From: Rebecca billardiae RCC1528 | Taxonomy: Eukaryota > Protista > Haptophyta | Assembly: GCA_965240325.2 (NCBI GenBank) | Contig: OZ251224.1 | Coordinates: 2,666,001-2,730,000 of the forward strand | Length of the DNA: 64,000 bases | Direction: 5' to 3' | Shown: piece by piece, positions 33,503 to 44,163 of the stretch | Position numbering within the stretch: the first letter of the stretch is position 1 | Layout of the letters: every line of letters begins with the position of its first letter | Notes under the pieces: model-generated | Told to the model about the DNA's origin: nothing | What the model saw: only the letters and a program-made list of their open reading frames with translations | Databases searched by the model: none | Made by a program: the position numbers and the translations under genes

Positions 33503-36477
33503 CGAGACCACTCCACCGAAATCGAGCCCGGCCAGGGCTTCGGCCGCCCACTGGAGGCCAGGGCTTAGCCCTGGCCGCGCCGAGCGCGGCCAGGGCTTCG
33601 CTCGCCAGCGCGAGATAGTATTGAGCTCATAGGCGATGCCGCCGCGCCGCGTGCGAGCCCTCCGTCTCGCGCTGGCTGCGGCCGTGAGCGCGTGCGGCGA
33701 GCCGTGGCGTGCGGTCGCGCACCGGCGCTGAGGTATGGTGTGCCCATCCGTGCCCTTGGCTCGTGCCCGCGCGCCCTGCTCCGCCGCTGCGGGGCGCGCG
33801 TGTGGTCGCGCCGCCTTGCTCGCTGGGCGCACCGAAAGCGCGAGCGCGCAACGAGTCACCTGTGGCGTGTCGGACCCAGTGCGTGCGCGCCTGGCGTATG
33901 GTTTGTGTTTGGCATGGCCCTGGTCACGCGCGGCGCCGGCCGTGCCCAGCGTCTGACCGCGCGCAACGCGCGCAGTACTGGTGGTGCCGGCTAGGGTCGA
34001 GCTGACCCCTCGGGGCTCGGCGGCACCCAGCCACTGGTAGGCGGCCGCGATGGGTCGACGCGTCGGATGGATGGCGGCTACACATCATGCTGGTCGCGCT
34101 CTGCCGCGTGCAGGGCGGTTGCACGGCGACAAGTGCCCCCGCGATCGTGCCGCGCTCGGGTACGAACCGGAGCAGTATGTTGCATGCGTGCCGCCCGCAG
34201 GTCGCGAGCTGGGGCGTGCTGGTCGGTGTGGCTGACGGGCGCGCTCGCGCGCGTGGCATGTGCGAGCGCGCCGCCGCCCACGCGTGCCGCCCACGCCGCG
34301 CGGCGCGCGCCGCGCGCCGCGCGCCGCGCGGCCTACGTCGCCTCGGTGCTCGCGCGGCCGGCAGCTCCGGACGGCAGCGTGACTCGGGTCCGAGTGGCTG
34401 TCGTGTGCCAGCTGCAGAGCTGGTCCTTACTAGTACACGGAGTGGGCGGCGGGTGAAGTGGTTGTAGCCGCGGTCTTGCGTCTGTGGGCGTCCGCATGCC
34501 GCGTGTCTCTTCGTACCCTGATGTACGTCATTGCCCACGGATTCTGGGGTCATATGGGCACAACGGGCTGACTGACGTCCGCTGCAACCCGTGGTGCAGG
34601 CTCGGCGTAGATGACCGTGAAGATGGCCGGTCACAAGACACACGAGCAGAAGGTATGCACACGCACCGAGGTGATGCATCGCCCCTCTTACCTTTGTGGT
34701 GGAGACCCGGAGGCGTGCGGCTGCCTGCGCATGCGCCAGAGTCGAGATGCGTAGCTCGGACGCTGCACGGGCTCGATGTGAGCGGCACTGCCTCTACTGT
34801 ACTCGTGAGCGGCTGCAAGCGCACGCACGCCTCAAGAGCCGGATGCTCGCCGCGGCTGGTTTCGGCATGTAGCGCGGGCCAACGCTCTCAACGAAGTAGG
34901 ATGGAGCCTAGAATAGCGTCAGTTGTGGCGTTGGCGCCTGCCACGGCCGCGGTGTCTGATGAACGACTGTGGGAATGATTGTAAGTGCGTGACAAGCGCT
35001 TCACTGGAGTATGAGCTGACAGCAGCAGTTCCTGGCGAGGCTTCTATTGCACACAATCGTGCCGACCTTCACTGTCTGTGGCTCACAGCAACACTGGTCT
35101 AGTGGGTCCACGCGAGGGTGCACGCGTGGTGGGAGCAGGCTGCGCTGCTCATCATCCACACATCACAGCTGAACACGACGCTTAGCGCGCGGAGCTGCTC
35201 GGCAGCTACCAAGTACGGGACGCTAGCCAGTGACAAGGCTGAGCCACGGCTACAGTATGCGCGTGCTGATGGCTATGATCGGCTCGGTACCCGGTGATGA
35301 AGTTCGCCAACTCCCGCCCTTCTACGGTGGCCGGCCTGAGCACAACACTGATGGTACACCACGATGCAGCGCAGTTACAGTTGTCAGCTGAACACTTTCC
35401 GAATACCCAGTCACGGAGCATGCAGATGGTGCTGAACTGCTGTGTATCGTCCATCTCATCATGCGCTCACGGCTTGATACCAAGACAGTGGCAGTGGCCA
35501 CGACCTACTACGCAGCTAGCTGTTTCCGTATGCCAAGAGGATGGACGACTACTGCAGCTTGTTTGCCAGCCTTGAGCAGCTGGCACACGACAGCCACTCG
35601 GACCCGAGTCACGCTGCCGTCCGGAGCTGCCGGCCGCGCGAGCGCCGAGGCGACGTAGGCCGCGCGGCGCGCGGCGCGCGGCGCGCGCCGCGCGGCGTGG
35701 GCGGCACGCGTGGGCGGCGGCGCGCTCGCACATGCCACGCGCGCGAGCGCGCCCGTCAGCCACACCGACCAGCACGCCCCAGCTCGCGACCTGCGGGCGG
35801 CACGCATGCAACATAATGCTCCGGTTCGTACCCGAGCGCGGCACGATCGCGGGGGCACTTGTCGCCGTGCAACCGCCCTGCACGCGGCAGAGCGCGACCA
35901 GCATGATGTGTAGCCGCCATCCATCCGACGCGTCGACCCATCGCGGCCGCCTACCAGTGGCTGGGTGCCGCCGAGCCCCGAGGGGTCAGCTCGACCCTAG
36001 CCGGCACCACCAGTACTGCGCGCGTTGCGCGCGGTCAGACGCTGGGCACGGCCGGCGCCGCGCGTGACCAGGGCCATGCCAAACACAAACCATACGCCAG
36101 GCGCGCACGCGCTGGGTCCGACACGCCACAGGTGACTCGTTGCGCGCTCGCGCTTTCGGTGCGCCCAGCGAGCAAGGCGGCGCGACCACACGCGCGCCCC
36201 GCAGCGGCGGAGCAGGGCGCGCGGGCACGAGCCAAGGGCACGGATGGGCACACCATACCTCAGCGCCGGTGCGCGACCGCACGCCACGGCTCGCCGCACG
36301 CGCTCGCGGCCGCAGCCAGCGCGAGACGGAGGGCTCGCACGCGGCGCGGCGGCATCGCCTATGAGCTCAATACTATCTCGCGCTGGCGAGCGAAGCCCTG
36401 GCCGCGCTCGGCGCGGCCCTGGCCTCCAGTGGGCGGCCGAAGCCCTGGCCGGGCTCGATTTCGGTGGAGTGGTCTCG
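33503..36477. mobile_element. Non-autonomous foldback-type DNA transposon with ~900-bp terminal inverted repeats and 3-bp TAT target-site duplication
   Basis: Left arm 33503-34415 (913 bp) is the reverse complement of right arm 35576-36477 (902 bp), with an 11-nt indel and few substitutions. Flanks tat|CGAGACC...GGTCTCG|tat. Repeated subterminal GGCCAGGGC motifs. No transposase ORF in the 1160-bp spacer. Confidence 0.88.
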
Positions 36478-37452
36478 TATCCAGGCCCGGCTGCCCAGCG
36501 TGTCGAACACGCATAAATTCCCCTTTATTATTATTATAACGGCCTCCGGGTGATCAGACTGGCGAGCGGCCGAAGCCTCCAGCCCTACCCTGGCCAAGGG
36601 TGTCCAGCGTCCGCAACAGCCAGTGCGCAGCGCGGCAAGAGGCTGTGTCATCGCAAGGTCGCCGCTCGCCAGTGGCACTCGCCCGCCTACCGGAGTACCG
36701 CCGTGCACGGCGGCGGGGCCGCGCTCGCGCCGTGCGCTCCTGCGTCGGCCGTCGGATCGGGCTGCGTAGGCGGCGCGTGGCTTGGGCCGTCGCAGAGCCA
36801 CCCAGCGCCCCTCTCTGCGCCACGCGCCTTCCTCGTCCTCGCCTCCTCCGCGCCTTGGAGCAGCACGCACACGCACGGCGCCGCACAAAGGCAGCCCAGG
36901 CGCTCGCGTCGGCAAGCGTGCGCGCGCGCACGGCGCGACGGGCTCGACTCAGCCGGCTATCGCCGCTGCGGGGGCATGCAACACCGTATCATGCGCGCGC
37001 GACGCCACCTCGAGCCTGCGAGTTTGACCGTCAGTGCACGCCGATGCACGTTAGCGGCCAGTGGCGCACATACGGGTCCCGCATCCGCCATCGTGCCTGC
37101 CACTGCCGGGGCACGTCACCTCCGACGATCCCGGGATGTGGCCCAGTCCGGACGTCACGCGATCCGGGACGACGAATACGATTCGCTCGTAACGAACCGT
37201 TACGCTAAAGCCACGTCCGGCTCACCGTCCAGATCGTGACTTTACTTAAGGAAAATCGTGGGCGCGCTCTTTTTCGGCCTAATAGACCTCTCTATGCGAT
37301 CGTCTCAAAAACTCGAAACTCGGTCTCCGCCAGCTGCCTACAAATGTCAAATCGCCCCCCGTCCCTTTTTTCTTGATCAAAGATCTTTTTGAAACGTGGT
37401 TCGGGCCCGCAGTGCGGGCTCCACGCTGCGCGCTCCGCGCCCTGCACCGCGG

Positions 37453-37622
<170 letters not shown>

Positions 37623-38167
37623 GTTGAAGTACGTGATGACTGAATATCTGCCGGATTCTGCTCAACTCAGTTGAGGCTCCGCCATTCGCCAACGGTCACT
37701 CAGTCTCACAGCTACTGATTCACAGTGATTGTGAATCTAATAATATGGCGCGATTAGTGCATACTGCATATGCCCGCTACTGCGACCCTACTCCTATCTG
37801 CGCTGCTACATCTAATGTGGCCATGTCTGTGATGTCGCCGTTTGACGATGGCATCATCAATAAAGTACTGGATGAGATCGTCGACACGCGCCACTTGTGA
37901 GACCCGTCGGATCGTCCGAGTCCGACAGTCTCACGGACACGGTTGGCGCCAATCGGCTGGGTGGCGCCCAAAGATGCACCCGCCTGCGGTGCAACCCACG
38001 ACTCATCCGGCGCCTCCAGCTTCACCGCGTCCGCAGACGCCGGCCAGCGGCGTGCGCGCACAGGGCGCGCGCGCATGGGGTGCGCACTAAGAGCCCCCAC
38101 CAGCTCGTCCGTCGCCGTGGCAGGCGGCGCGGAGCCGAGGGCGTGGCCTGAGAGATGCCAAGGGCAC

Positions 38168-39064
38168 TTACAGCATCTCCGTGTCCTTCTCCTCGAGCTC
38201 CTTGAAGCTCGTCGGGCTACGCGAGCGCACGTGGACGACGGCGGCCGCCACGAGCAGCGCCGCGCCCACCGCGAGGCAGCCGTACGCCGCAAGGCGCAGG
38301 GCGCCTGGGCGCCCCGCCCTCGCGCTGAGAGGGCTCGCCTTCGCCTCGGCCTTCTCAAACATGAGCTGGTTGGCGACGTCGCGCACGCGGTCGAGGGCGC
38401 CCATCATGGAGTTCATCATGTCCTCCATGTGCTTGGCGGCGTCGCTGTCCTTGCCCTTCTTGCACGACGCCTCGATCTCCGACTGATAGCCCACCGCGCC
38501 CCGCGACGCAAAGCTCTGTGCCACCGACTGCACGCGTGCGCCGAGCGGCCGCCGGCGCGCGGAGCGGGGTGACGGGGTGGACGGGCGGTGAGCGGCGCGC
38601 GAAGAGCGCGCAACGCGCGACCGCCGAGCGCGCGCCTAGCCCCCGTGCGCGAGGGCGCGCGCACGCACCTTGTACTTGTCCATGCAGCCCGACGCCGAGC
38701 ACACCGCGTGCGCGCCCGAGCTCGTGATGCGCTCCTGGGGGTGCTTGTCGCCAAGGTAGGTCACGCCCTCGCGGATCGGGCCGACGCACTTGTCGTCGCA
38801 GAAGAAGTTCAGCGCAATCTTCGCATTCTCGAACTGATCGGCGATGTCGGGGCTCAACTCCTTGAGCGTGTCGAGCAGGCCGGGGATGCTCGAGCAATCA
38901 ACGCCGCCGTCGTGCGGACCGCCCTTCTTGCACACGTCCTTGAGGATCCTGCTCATCGGCCAGGACGAGTCGATGTCCGTGACCGGCGGGCAGGCATCCT
39001 GCGCCGCCACCGCCGCCACGCCCGCAAGGAGCACAAGGCCGTTGAAGCGCGCGTGCGTGAACAT
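38168..39064 (-). CDS. Cys-rich type I membrane/secreted protein of unknown function, 2 exons
   Basis: Signal peptide MFTHARFNGLVLLAGVAAVAAQ, Cys-rich ectodomain, intron at about 38531-38668, C-terminal TM LAAYGCLAVGAALLVAAAVVHV and short tail. Confidence 0.75.
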
Positions 39065-39527
39065 CCCGAGGCTCACGTTTGTTTCCTCGCAGACGGCAAG
39101 ACTGAGGCGGGGCGCCGCGTGGGGGGAGCTGGGGCGCCGAGAATCCCTTGCAACGCAAGCAAGTCCGAGTCCGGGGGATGGCGCCTTTTCGGCGGCGGCG
39201 GTACCGGTAGGCGGCTTTGTGTTCTCAGTCGCTCGAGAAGGGATCCAAGCTGGCTTTACTAGTATGGGATTCAACATTTCGGGATCGTCCTACCCGCACA
39301 TGGTTTAACAACACCAGAGCGGGTAACAAGGAGAAAGCACAGCTCTCCACTCCGGCTGTGAATTCCCCGGACTTCTTTGTCAACGGCGGGACCGCAGCGG
39401 AGCCGACCGTGCGCGCGCGCGGTGTGCCGCGAGACCGCGACACCGAGTGCGCCACGGCCCACGGCCCGGAGAAGGCGCCTCGAGAGGCAAGCTCGTCGGG
39501 GAGGAACCGTACGCAGGGTGCCCACCA

Positions 39528-40850
39528 ATGCCGTCCATGCACCCCGCCTCGGGCTCCGCGCTTGCTCTGCTTGTCATTGGAGGCGCGTGCGTGCTCCGCG
39601 CGTTGTGGTGGCGGCTGCATCACAGGCATGCCCTCGCCCGCGCTCCCGCGAGCGCGGCCGACGATCTCTTCGGCGCGCTCAACGAGCTCCTCATACGCTG
39701 CACGCGGCTCACCAACGCAGGCGTCAGCGGTCTCGACCCAGTCCGTGAGCAGGTGGTCGCGCTCGCGATCAAGCACCGCGCGCAACAGCTGAACGCAGCA
39801 CCGCCCGATGCCCAGGCGCGTCGCGCCAACCTGAAGCTCGCCGCCGCAAAGATCGACGCGCTCCTGTCCGCGCTCGAGGCGAAGACGCCCGGCGTGCACG
39901 TTTCCGAGGGCACCGCCGGCGCCCCAGCCGCGCACGACGACGGCGCCGCCGCCACGTTCCGCGAGCAGCTCGTCGACGAGGAGGACGGCGCGCTCGACGC
40001 GTACGTGCAGCAGGCGCGCGAGGAGGGCGACGAGGCGCTGGTCGCGCGGCTCGACGTGCTGTGCGAGGCGATCGACAGCATGCGCGCGATCGAGGAGAAC
40101 TTCGACTTCCACGCCGGCCTGCTCCAGGCGCACGCCAAGCTGGCCGCGGCGCACGGATGGTCGGAGGCGAATTTCTCGTACGGCTCGACGCCTTATCACT
40201 CGTGGCGCGCGCTGCACGACGCGTGCCCGCCGCTCGCGCGCGCCATGCGCGCATGCGGGGAGGCTGGGGAGTGCGTGGTCTTCGGCTCCAGCCTCGGCTG
40301 GCTCTGCGTGTACGCCGCGTGCACCTTCGGCGTGCGCGCCGAGGGATATGAGATTGTGCGCCCGCTGGTGCAGCTCGGGACCAAGCTGGCGAAGCGGCAT
40401 GGGCTCGACGGCCAGATCAGCATGCACGCCGCCGACATGCTCGGCGCGGATATCTCCAGAGCGCGCGTCGTCACGCTGACGAGCAAGTGCTGGGACGCGG
40501 GGCTCAAGCAGGCCGTGGCCACCAAGCTCGCGGCGGAGCTTCCGGTCGGCAGGTGCGCGCCCACACCCGCTGCGCGCGCCGCGCTGGCTCACTCCCGCGG
40601 CGCGCCGGCCCGCGCTCCGCGACTGCAGCTGAACTGTGCCGCCGCCCCCCCGCCCCTCCGCATCGCTCCCCTGCTGGCGGCCGCGGCGGCCGCCTCGCGG
40701 ACGGCTGCGCGCAGTCTCGTCGTGGACTACTCGGATGAGCTCGCTCGCTCGCAGGCTCCCGCGACATTCGAGGTGCTCACTCGTGTGCACGTGGCTGTGT
40801 CGTGGGCGAAGGCGCAGGAGATGGCCGTGATGCGTAAGCTCGTGCTATGA
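39528..40850 (+). CDS. Class I SAM-dependent methyltransferase, DOT1-like fold, 2 exons
   Basis: FSYGSTP, VVFGSSLGW (motif I variant), GYEIV, ADMLGADISRARVVTLTSKCWD, LPVG|SLVVDY, VAVSW. In-frame intron at about 40553-40713. N-terminal hydrophobic anchor. Confidence 0.7.
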   Translation: MPSMHPASGSALALLVIGGACVLRALWWRLHHRHALARAPASAADDLFGALNELLIRCTRLTNAGVSGLDPVREQVVALAIKHRAQQLNAAPPDAQARRANLKLAAAKIDALLSALEAKTPGVHVSEGTAGAPAAHDDGAAATFREQLVDEEDGALDAYVQQAREEGDEALVARLDVLCEAIDSMRAIEENFDFHAGLLQAHAKLAAAHGWSEANFSYGSTPYHSWRALHDACPPLARAMRACGEAGECVVFGSSLGWLCVYAACTFGVRAEGYEIVRPLVQLGTKLAKRHGLDGQISMHAADMLGADISRARVVTLTSKCWDAGLKQAVATKLAAELPVGRCAPTPAARAALAHSRGAPARAPRLQLNCAAAPPPLRIAPLLAAAAAASRTAARSLVVDYSDELARSQAPATFEVLTRVHVAVSWAKAQEMAVMRKLVL

Positions 40851-41552
40851 TGCGTCGCACATGCCCCGCTCAGGACTTGAGTGAGTGCGTCAGAGTCCGG
40901 CCTAGGGCGGAGGGCCATCGCCGAGCGTGCGCCGCGGCGCCTTGGACGGCGGTGCCGCCGCCGGCACGACCCGCGTGACGGCTGACGAGACACAGCAGAC
41001 CGCACCGACCTGGAACTTTGCGCGCTGGGCAGTGGCCGAGTGATGCATGAGCCAGTGTCAGCATATATATATATATGCATTAATAATATATATAATAATC
41101 ATCGCGGACGCTCGGACAGCTCGGCGTCGGGCGGCGTGCAGTGGGACTCCCGTCGCGCGGCCCCGCAGGCCGCAATCTGCCACACTCACAGGGTCCGCAC
41201 GCCAGACGGGCCATGGACCGCCATGGCCCCGCTCCAGTCGCCTGAGTCGGGCAGTTTCAAGTTAATAGTTACTCGGACGCCGCCGACGGCGTGCGGCGGC
41301 ACTCGGCGGGTGCGGCCGCCGCCGCCCTCGCTGGCCACGCTGGTCGGCCAGGCGCCGACTGCAAACGTTAGTCCGCGCGCGAGATCGTCTGCATCGTCAG
41401 CATCAGCATTCATTCGCAGCGTCACTGTCACTTCTTGGTCAGAAGCCGCGCTGGGATGAGACAATCACAGCTTGAGTCTCCACGTCAATGCAGACTCGAG
41501 GTATGCTCAGCAGTGTGTTCGACGCTGGTGCGGCGGGTGCAAAGAGCTGGGC

Positions 41553-42038
41553 TCACCTTGCGGCCTGCGCGTGAAGGCGTTGAAGCTCTTCTTCCAGCTC
41601 CGCAACGTTGGCGCGCGTCTGTGCCACCGACGCCTGGAGCTCTGCAATCTTGTGCGCACGCCGCCGAGCGGGTGCAGACGCCCTCGGCGGAGCATGCAGG
41701 GCGTTGATGGGGTCGATCTCGTCCTTCCGCCAGCGCGAGATGGCGTGCTCGCGCGGAGCGATCCAGATCGGCGCCTCGGCCTTGAGCATCCCCACCCGCC
41801 GTCGCCCGTCGAAGCGCGCACGCGCCCAATGCCGCTCGGCCACCGTGAACGTCGAGACCGAGCTGGTCATTGGCGTGTGCTTGAGCGCGGACAGGTTGAC
41901 ACTCCAGAGGTCCGTCGAGCCGTGCAGGTCGACAGACGGAATGGGGATGGACGTGCGGTACGGCTCGGGGTGCGCGTGCCGCCGCAATCGCCGCCTCGGC
42001 TGCTCGGGGGCCGTCGCTGGGCGCTCCACGGCCTGCAT
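41553..42038 (-). CDS. Hypothetical protein with C-terminal coiled coil
   Basis: 161-aa ORF from ATG with protein-like composition (KIAELQASVAQTRANVAELEEELQRL). No recognisable domain. Confidence 0.5.
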   Translation of the reverse strand: MQAVERPATAPEQPRRRLRRHAHPEPYRTSIPIPSVDLHGSTDLWSVNLSALKHTPMTSSVSTFTVAERHWARARFDGRRRVGMLKAEAPIWIAPREHAISRWRKDEIDPINALHAPPRASAPARRRAHKIAELQASVAQTRANVAELEEELQRLHAQAAR

Positions 42039-42407
42039 CGTGCCAGGCTGCGGTAGTTACTACCGCCGCGGGTACAAGACACTGCTGCTGTACAGCTGTA
42101 GTGCTGTACCAAAGGAATCCATGTATCTACAAGTACTGCAAGTACTTGTTTCCGGAGTCAGTAGAATGTACGACCTACTTTAGCGAACGTTCGAGAGATG
42201 ACCTTGCAGGAAGAGAGGCAGAGAAGAACCGGACAACGACGACCTCCCGCGGCGAAGACGACGACGACAAACCCAGGCGGTCGTTTCGTTCATGCGGTTT
42301 TTCCGAATCCAACGGGCGCAAGCGCCCGCGCCAACGGCAGCGTCGGGCGTGAGCGGAAGTAGCGCCGTGATCTGCTGCTGGCAGTTCTCACCGGCCCGCA
42401 CTACGCG

Positions 42408-43767
42408 ATGACGTCCAACGCACCCGCGCCGCCGATCGTCGCGCTTGTGGACGTGCTACCGGAGCACATCCTCGTGGAGGTCCTGTCGCGGCTTGTCGAA
42501 GCCGTCGGTCTGCGCACCTCCGTCGCCGCCGCGCGCTCGGTCAGCCGCCTCTTCCGCGCGTGCACGAACGCGGCGCTGGCGCAGGCGCTCGGCTCCATCA
42601 CGTCGCGCGCGCTCGACAACGAGGGCGTGCGTCAGCTGGTGCACAACGTGCTGTACGACCGGTGTGGTGGTATCGTGCCGCGCTCGGCCTCGCCGCACTT
42701 CGCCTCGCTCAAGAGCGTCACTCTCACCGGCTGCGCGGGCGTCGATGCGCACGGCACCGGCCTTCTTCTCGCGCACGCGCCCGCGGTCGAGGTGCTGCAC
42801 GTGGAAGGGACGGAGATCAAGCCCGAGGAGACGCACGCGCTCGCGCACATGACGCGCACGCCCATTGCCGCCTTCCGCCTCGGCATGTGGACCCCGCTCC
42901 ACGAGGCCGTCTCGTCGGCGCGTCGGTTCGCCGAGGCAGTTGAGAGCGGCGCGCTTGCGGAGGGCGGTGCCCTCAGGGGCATCTACGTCGACGTGTGCAA
43001 CGAGCGCGGGTACGCGGCGCGCGCGCGCGCGCGCGCACACATGCGCGCGAGACGCCCTGCACGCCCCCGCTCCCTCGGCGCCCGCGCACTGCACTCACCG
43101 GACCCCCCCGCCCGCGCGCCCCCGACCACGCAGGCTGACGCCTCTGCTTGTTGCCTCGTACAACGGCGTGACCGAGGCGGCTGCGTGGCTGCTCGCGCAC
43201 GGCGCGTGCCCGGACGCGTGCGACTGCTACCACGTCAGCGCGCTGATGAAAGCGTCCTACTTCGGCCACGCCGACACCGTGCGCGAGCTGCTCGCGCACG
43301 GCGCCAACTCGTCGCGCGTGGACATGTATGGCGCGGGCGCGCTCGCCAAGGCTGCTTATCGGGGGCACACGGCAGTTGTGCGGCTGCTGCTGGCGGCCGG
43401 CGCGCGCACGGACGGCGAGGACCTGTACGGCAACCGGCCGCTGCACTCCGCCGTTGCGAGCGGGCATCGCAACATCGCGATGCTGCTGCTCCAGTACGGC
43501 GCGACGGACACGACGCGCGGCTCAACGACCGCGCGCGCGCACAGGAGGCCGAGCGGCGGCGCCGGCGGCGGCCACGGCGGCGCCAATGGCGACGGCAGCG
43601 GCGCGGGCACATCCGGCGCGCTCACGAGCCGACCGCCGTTCGAGCACCCGCGCGGCATCCCCGCGGCGGGCGCGATGCTGCCTGCCGCCGCCCTGACGGG
43701 CGCGCACACGCCTCGCAGCCTGCCCCACGTCTCGGTCTCGCCGACCCTCATCGCGCTCGGCTCGTGA
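42408..43767 (+). CDS. F-box-like/LRR-like N-terminus plus ankyrin-repeat protein, 2 exons
   Basis: LPEHILVEVL (F-box-like), LKSVTLTGCAGV (LRR-like). After intron about 43010-43133: LTPLLVASYNG, SALMKASYFGH, ALAKAAYRGH, GNRPLHSAVASGH. Confidence 0.8.
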
Positions 43768-44163
43768 CCGGCATTGCCAATTCTGTGCCACGTCCGACTT
43801 TGCTGATGCTCCGCGGCTGCGCTGATGGCGATGCTGCGACTGCTGCCAGACGCCACACCGCCCATGGCGGGTGGTGCGACGTCGGCGACGCTCTCGTCGC
43901 CACGCGCGAGTGCGTCACACGCACCGCCCGATCCGGACGCGACTCGCCAATCCTCGTGCACATGGGCGGCCCGCCAAGACTCCGACGCCGGTGCCAGGTC
44001 GTCGTCAGATCACAGATGTCAGGCTGCTGAGAGCAACGGTGATTCGGTGAACAACCGCCGCCAATGAAAGTCATCATACTGTATTATAATAAAATGAAAC
44101 GCGTGTAGTGCTTTTCGTTCGGCCGGCACGCAATCTGATGCTGGCAAGTCGGGACTCGGGACG

